Shown here piece by piece: positions 62,133 through 64,000 of a DNA stretch of 64,000 nucleotides. Source of the DNA: a virus; IMG/VR virus record IMGVR_UViG_3300003872_000001, positions 1 through 64,000 of that record; one strand, written 5' to 3'. Each line of letters begins with the position of its first letter. Position 1 is the first letter of the stretch. The notes beneath the pieces are model-generated. The model had not been told where the DNA came from. It worked only from the letters and a program-made list of their open reading frames with translations, and ran no database searches. The translations under genes were made by a program, and so were the position numbers.

Positions 62133-62553
62133 CACAATAACAGAAACACGATCACCAGAATTAAAAAAGCTATCTGATTTCTTTAAAGAGATATATAAAT
62201 ATAATGTACATACTCTATCTACAGAGATAAGTATAAATAAACTTATGGGATATATTTATGAAAATGATACAGACACCATCTTTGACTTTTTATATAGATT
62301 GAAGTACAACTTACTTTTAGCTAATTGTGAAGATGCTTTGCAGACTGTAAGTAAACTAAATAAGAATGATAAATTGTTCTTAAAAAGTAAATATATAGAT
62401 AAAACATTATCTGCAATTATGACATATAATTTTGATAATACAGATGAATTTGTAGAGCTGGTTGTCTTATTAAGATTAAATATTAATTATGTTATAAAAG
62501 ATATTATATTTAAAATGGAAGGAAATGATGATGTACCAAATAACAATGAATGA
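62089..62553 (+). CDS. Hypothetical protein
   Basis: ORF in operon; true start may be 62101 or 62113. Confidence 0.55.
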   Translation: MEIQMKKQMIKSLYDTITETRSPELKKLSDFFKEIYKYNVHTLSTEISINKLMGYIYENDTDTIFDFLYRLKYNLLLANCEDALQTVSKLNKNDKLFLKSKYIDKTLSAIMTYNFDNTDEFVELVVLLRLNINYVIKDIIFKMEGNDDVPNNNE

Positions 62554-63103
62554 TATTGAAGGTAAAGATTATATCAATATTAGCACATATAGTAAAATTA
62601 AAGTAGGTAAGCAACTTGCGCCAGGATACCCTACATCTTTTAAAACGATATTAGGTACTACTGGAAGTATCAAGAATGCATTAAGTTTCCTTACCATCAA
62701 AGGTTTCCCCGTTAAACTCATAGGTAAGAAACGATTAACCTCATATGACGTTAAATCCCTACAAACTAAAGAGTCGGTTAAAATAGATAACTATAAAGCT
62801 TATTTAATTTATTTCATAAGTCTCAGAATACTAAATGATCCCGAGCTACTTGAGGCATTAAAGAAACTCCCAAAAGATATTAAATTCACTAGCTTTAATA
62901 CCTGTACAGATAAAATACTAGACTGTAAAAGTAGGTTATATAATAGTAATCAAAATATGTATTGTGATGTAGTAAGTGAATTATTCGCACTAATACAAGA
63001 TGATAAATTTGATAATACTTCTATTCAAAAATTTGTAATAGATAATAAGTCTAAAGATATTGAACTGTTTACTTGTTTACCGAATCCAGTTTCTATAATC
63101 TAA
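62525..63103 (+). CDS. Conserved phage hypothetical protein
   Basis: EGKDYINI..S...GK.L N-terminal motif as recalled from large-phage proteins. Confidence 0.55.
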   Translation: MMMYQITMNDIEGKDYINISTYSKIKVGKQLAPGYPTSFKTILGTTGSIKNALSFLTIKGFPVKLIGKKRLTSYDVKSLQTKESVKIDNYKAYLIYFISLRILNDPELLEALKKLPKDIKFTSFNTCTDKILDCKSRLYNSNQNMYCDVVSELFALIQDDKFDNTSIQKFVIDNKSKDIELFTCLPNPVSII

Positions 63104-63125
63104 TCTATTAAGAAGACATAACTTG

Positions 63126-63163
63126 TTGTATACCTATAGCCTTATTTGGCTATAGGTATACAA
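63126..63163. terminator. Bidirectional hairpin terminator
   Basis: TTGTATACCTATAGCC-N6-GGCTATAGGTATACAA between convergent genes. Confidence 0.75.
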
Positions 63164-63170
63164 TCATTAG

Positions 63171-64000
63171 TTATGACGCAAAATTAGTATGTTTACTAAT
63201 GTCTATTGTTGGTTTGGGAAATTCTGTTCTCCTATGTTCTATTTGCTGTTTAGGTGTTGTATCAAATACACTACTTATAACATCACTAACTGCATTTGTA
63301 TTATTTTTTTTATCACTTTCCATCTTAGTTAATAACTCTAATATTTTTAATTGTATATTAACTGTATAACCAATATTATTATCCATATTAGCTAATAGTT
63401 TATTAGAGTCCTGGCTAACCATATGTAAATCATTTAATGGCTTATTTATGTCCTGAGGAACAGGTTGATAATGCTTAGTAGGTACGATTCTCTTTTTAGG
63501 TTGTGACGTAACCACACCAACGATAGCTGCGTTATTACTATTTATCTTAGCAATTTTATCATTAGGTAGATCTCTATCAGTTGATAAAGCATTATCACTT
63601 TTTATAATATGATTAGTAGCTTTAGTTGTATTTTGTTTTTTAGCAAATTGACTATAAGCACTTTTATAATCACTAGGATTATTGAAAATATTACTACCTA
63701 ATTTATACCCGACAGTTGAACCTATAGCATGATTAGACTTAACAGTATTTAGGATACTGTTATTAGTATTATTATTGGCAGGAATGAGCTTAGATCTACT
63801 AGTTTTATCACCCAATCCTGGTTTAATACTAATATGTTTAACCGTACTTGGTATATTGTTATTAGCAGGAGTAAGTTTATCAGTTGCTGTATGTTTAACT
63901 CCAATATGTGTTTTATTTTTATCATTCTTTTTAGGATATTTTACTTTTATAGTTGGCTTAATAGGCTGACCCTCGGCATTGACTGGTGCCGAATCTTTAG
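63171..64000 (-). CDS. C-terminal part of a larger gene entering from beyond the window (possibly a gp181-like tail protein)
   Basis: Frame stays open from 63998 to the stop at 63171; low-complexity N/K/T-rich region ending IQLKILELL..PKPTIDIS. Confidence 0.5.
   Translation of the reverse strand, partial: KDSAPVNAEGQPIKPTIKVKYPKKNDKNKTHIGVKHTATDKLTPANNNIPSTVKHISIKPGLGDKTSRSKLIPANNNTNNSILNTVKSNHAIGSTVGYKLGSNIFNNPSDYKSAYSQFAKKQNTTKATNHIIKSDNALSTDRDLPNDKIAKINSNNAAIVGVVTSQPKKRIVPTKHYQPVPQDINKPLNDLHMVSQDSNKLLANMDNNIGYTVNIQLKILELLTKMESDKKNNTNAVSDVISSVFDTTPKQQIEHRRTEFPKPTIDISKHTNFAS

Noticed and set aside
63870-63905. GVKHTATD peptide shared with ORF 31448
   Set aside because: Eight-residue match with different codons and unrelated context; probably coincidence
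1-64000. Genome-wide TAG or TGA recoding
   Set aside because: Long core genes are uninterrupted in the standard code and many end at TAG or TGA; the two split genes are explained by introns
1-64000. tRNA, rRNA or chimallin genes
   Set aside because: No cloverleaf, rRNA-like sequence or recognisable ChmA ORF seen by eye

Overview
AT-rich 64-kb segment of a phiKZ-like jumbo phage (Chimalliviridae-type core). The host is probably a Campylobacterota member, judged from a Campylobacter-like NAD ligase and a dimeric dUTPase. Core genes recognised by motif and synteny: non-virion RNAP subunits (phiKZ gp68-, gp71-73-, gp74- and gp123-like), a putative nuclear-import protein (gp69/PicA-like), SF2 helicase, DnaB, major capsid protein, portal, a virion RNAP subunit (gp149-like), UvsX, RNase H, RuvC and head proteins. 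Accessory content: (i) a three-gene operon with a membrane histidine kinase, a stand-alone receiver protein and a membrane-anchored protein, preceded by the motif found upstream of structural genes; (ii) two near-identical ORF-less group I introns with different guide sequences, splitting dnaB and the gp123-like RNAP gene; (iii) three TnpB-deleted IS200/IS605 miniatures retaining the omegaRNA/right end, one followed by a covarying second right-end unit; (iv) two free-standing multi-module HNH endonucleases; (v) a ~14-kb structural/lysis block with a double beta-propeller repeat protein, holin and spanin candidates and a GH108 endolysin; (vi) three candidate promoter classes, the early one with a covarying DNA hairpin. 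All phiKZ gp assignments come from recalled motifs and gene order, not from database searches.
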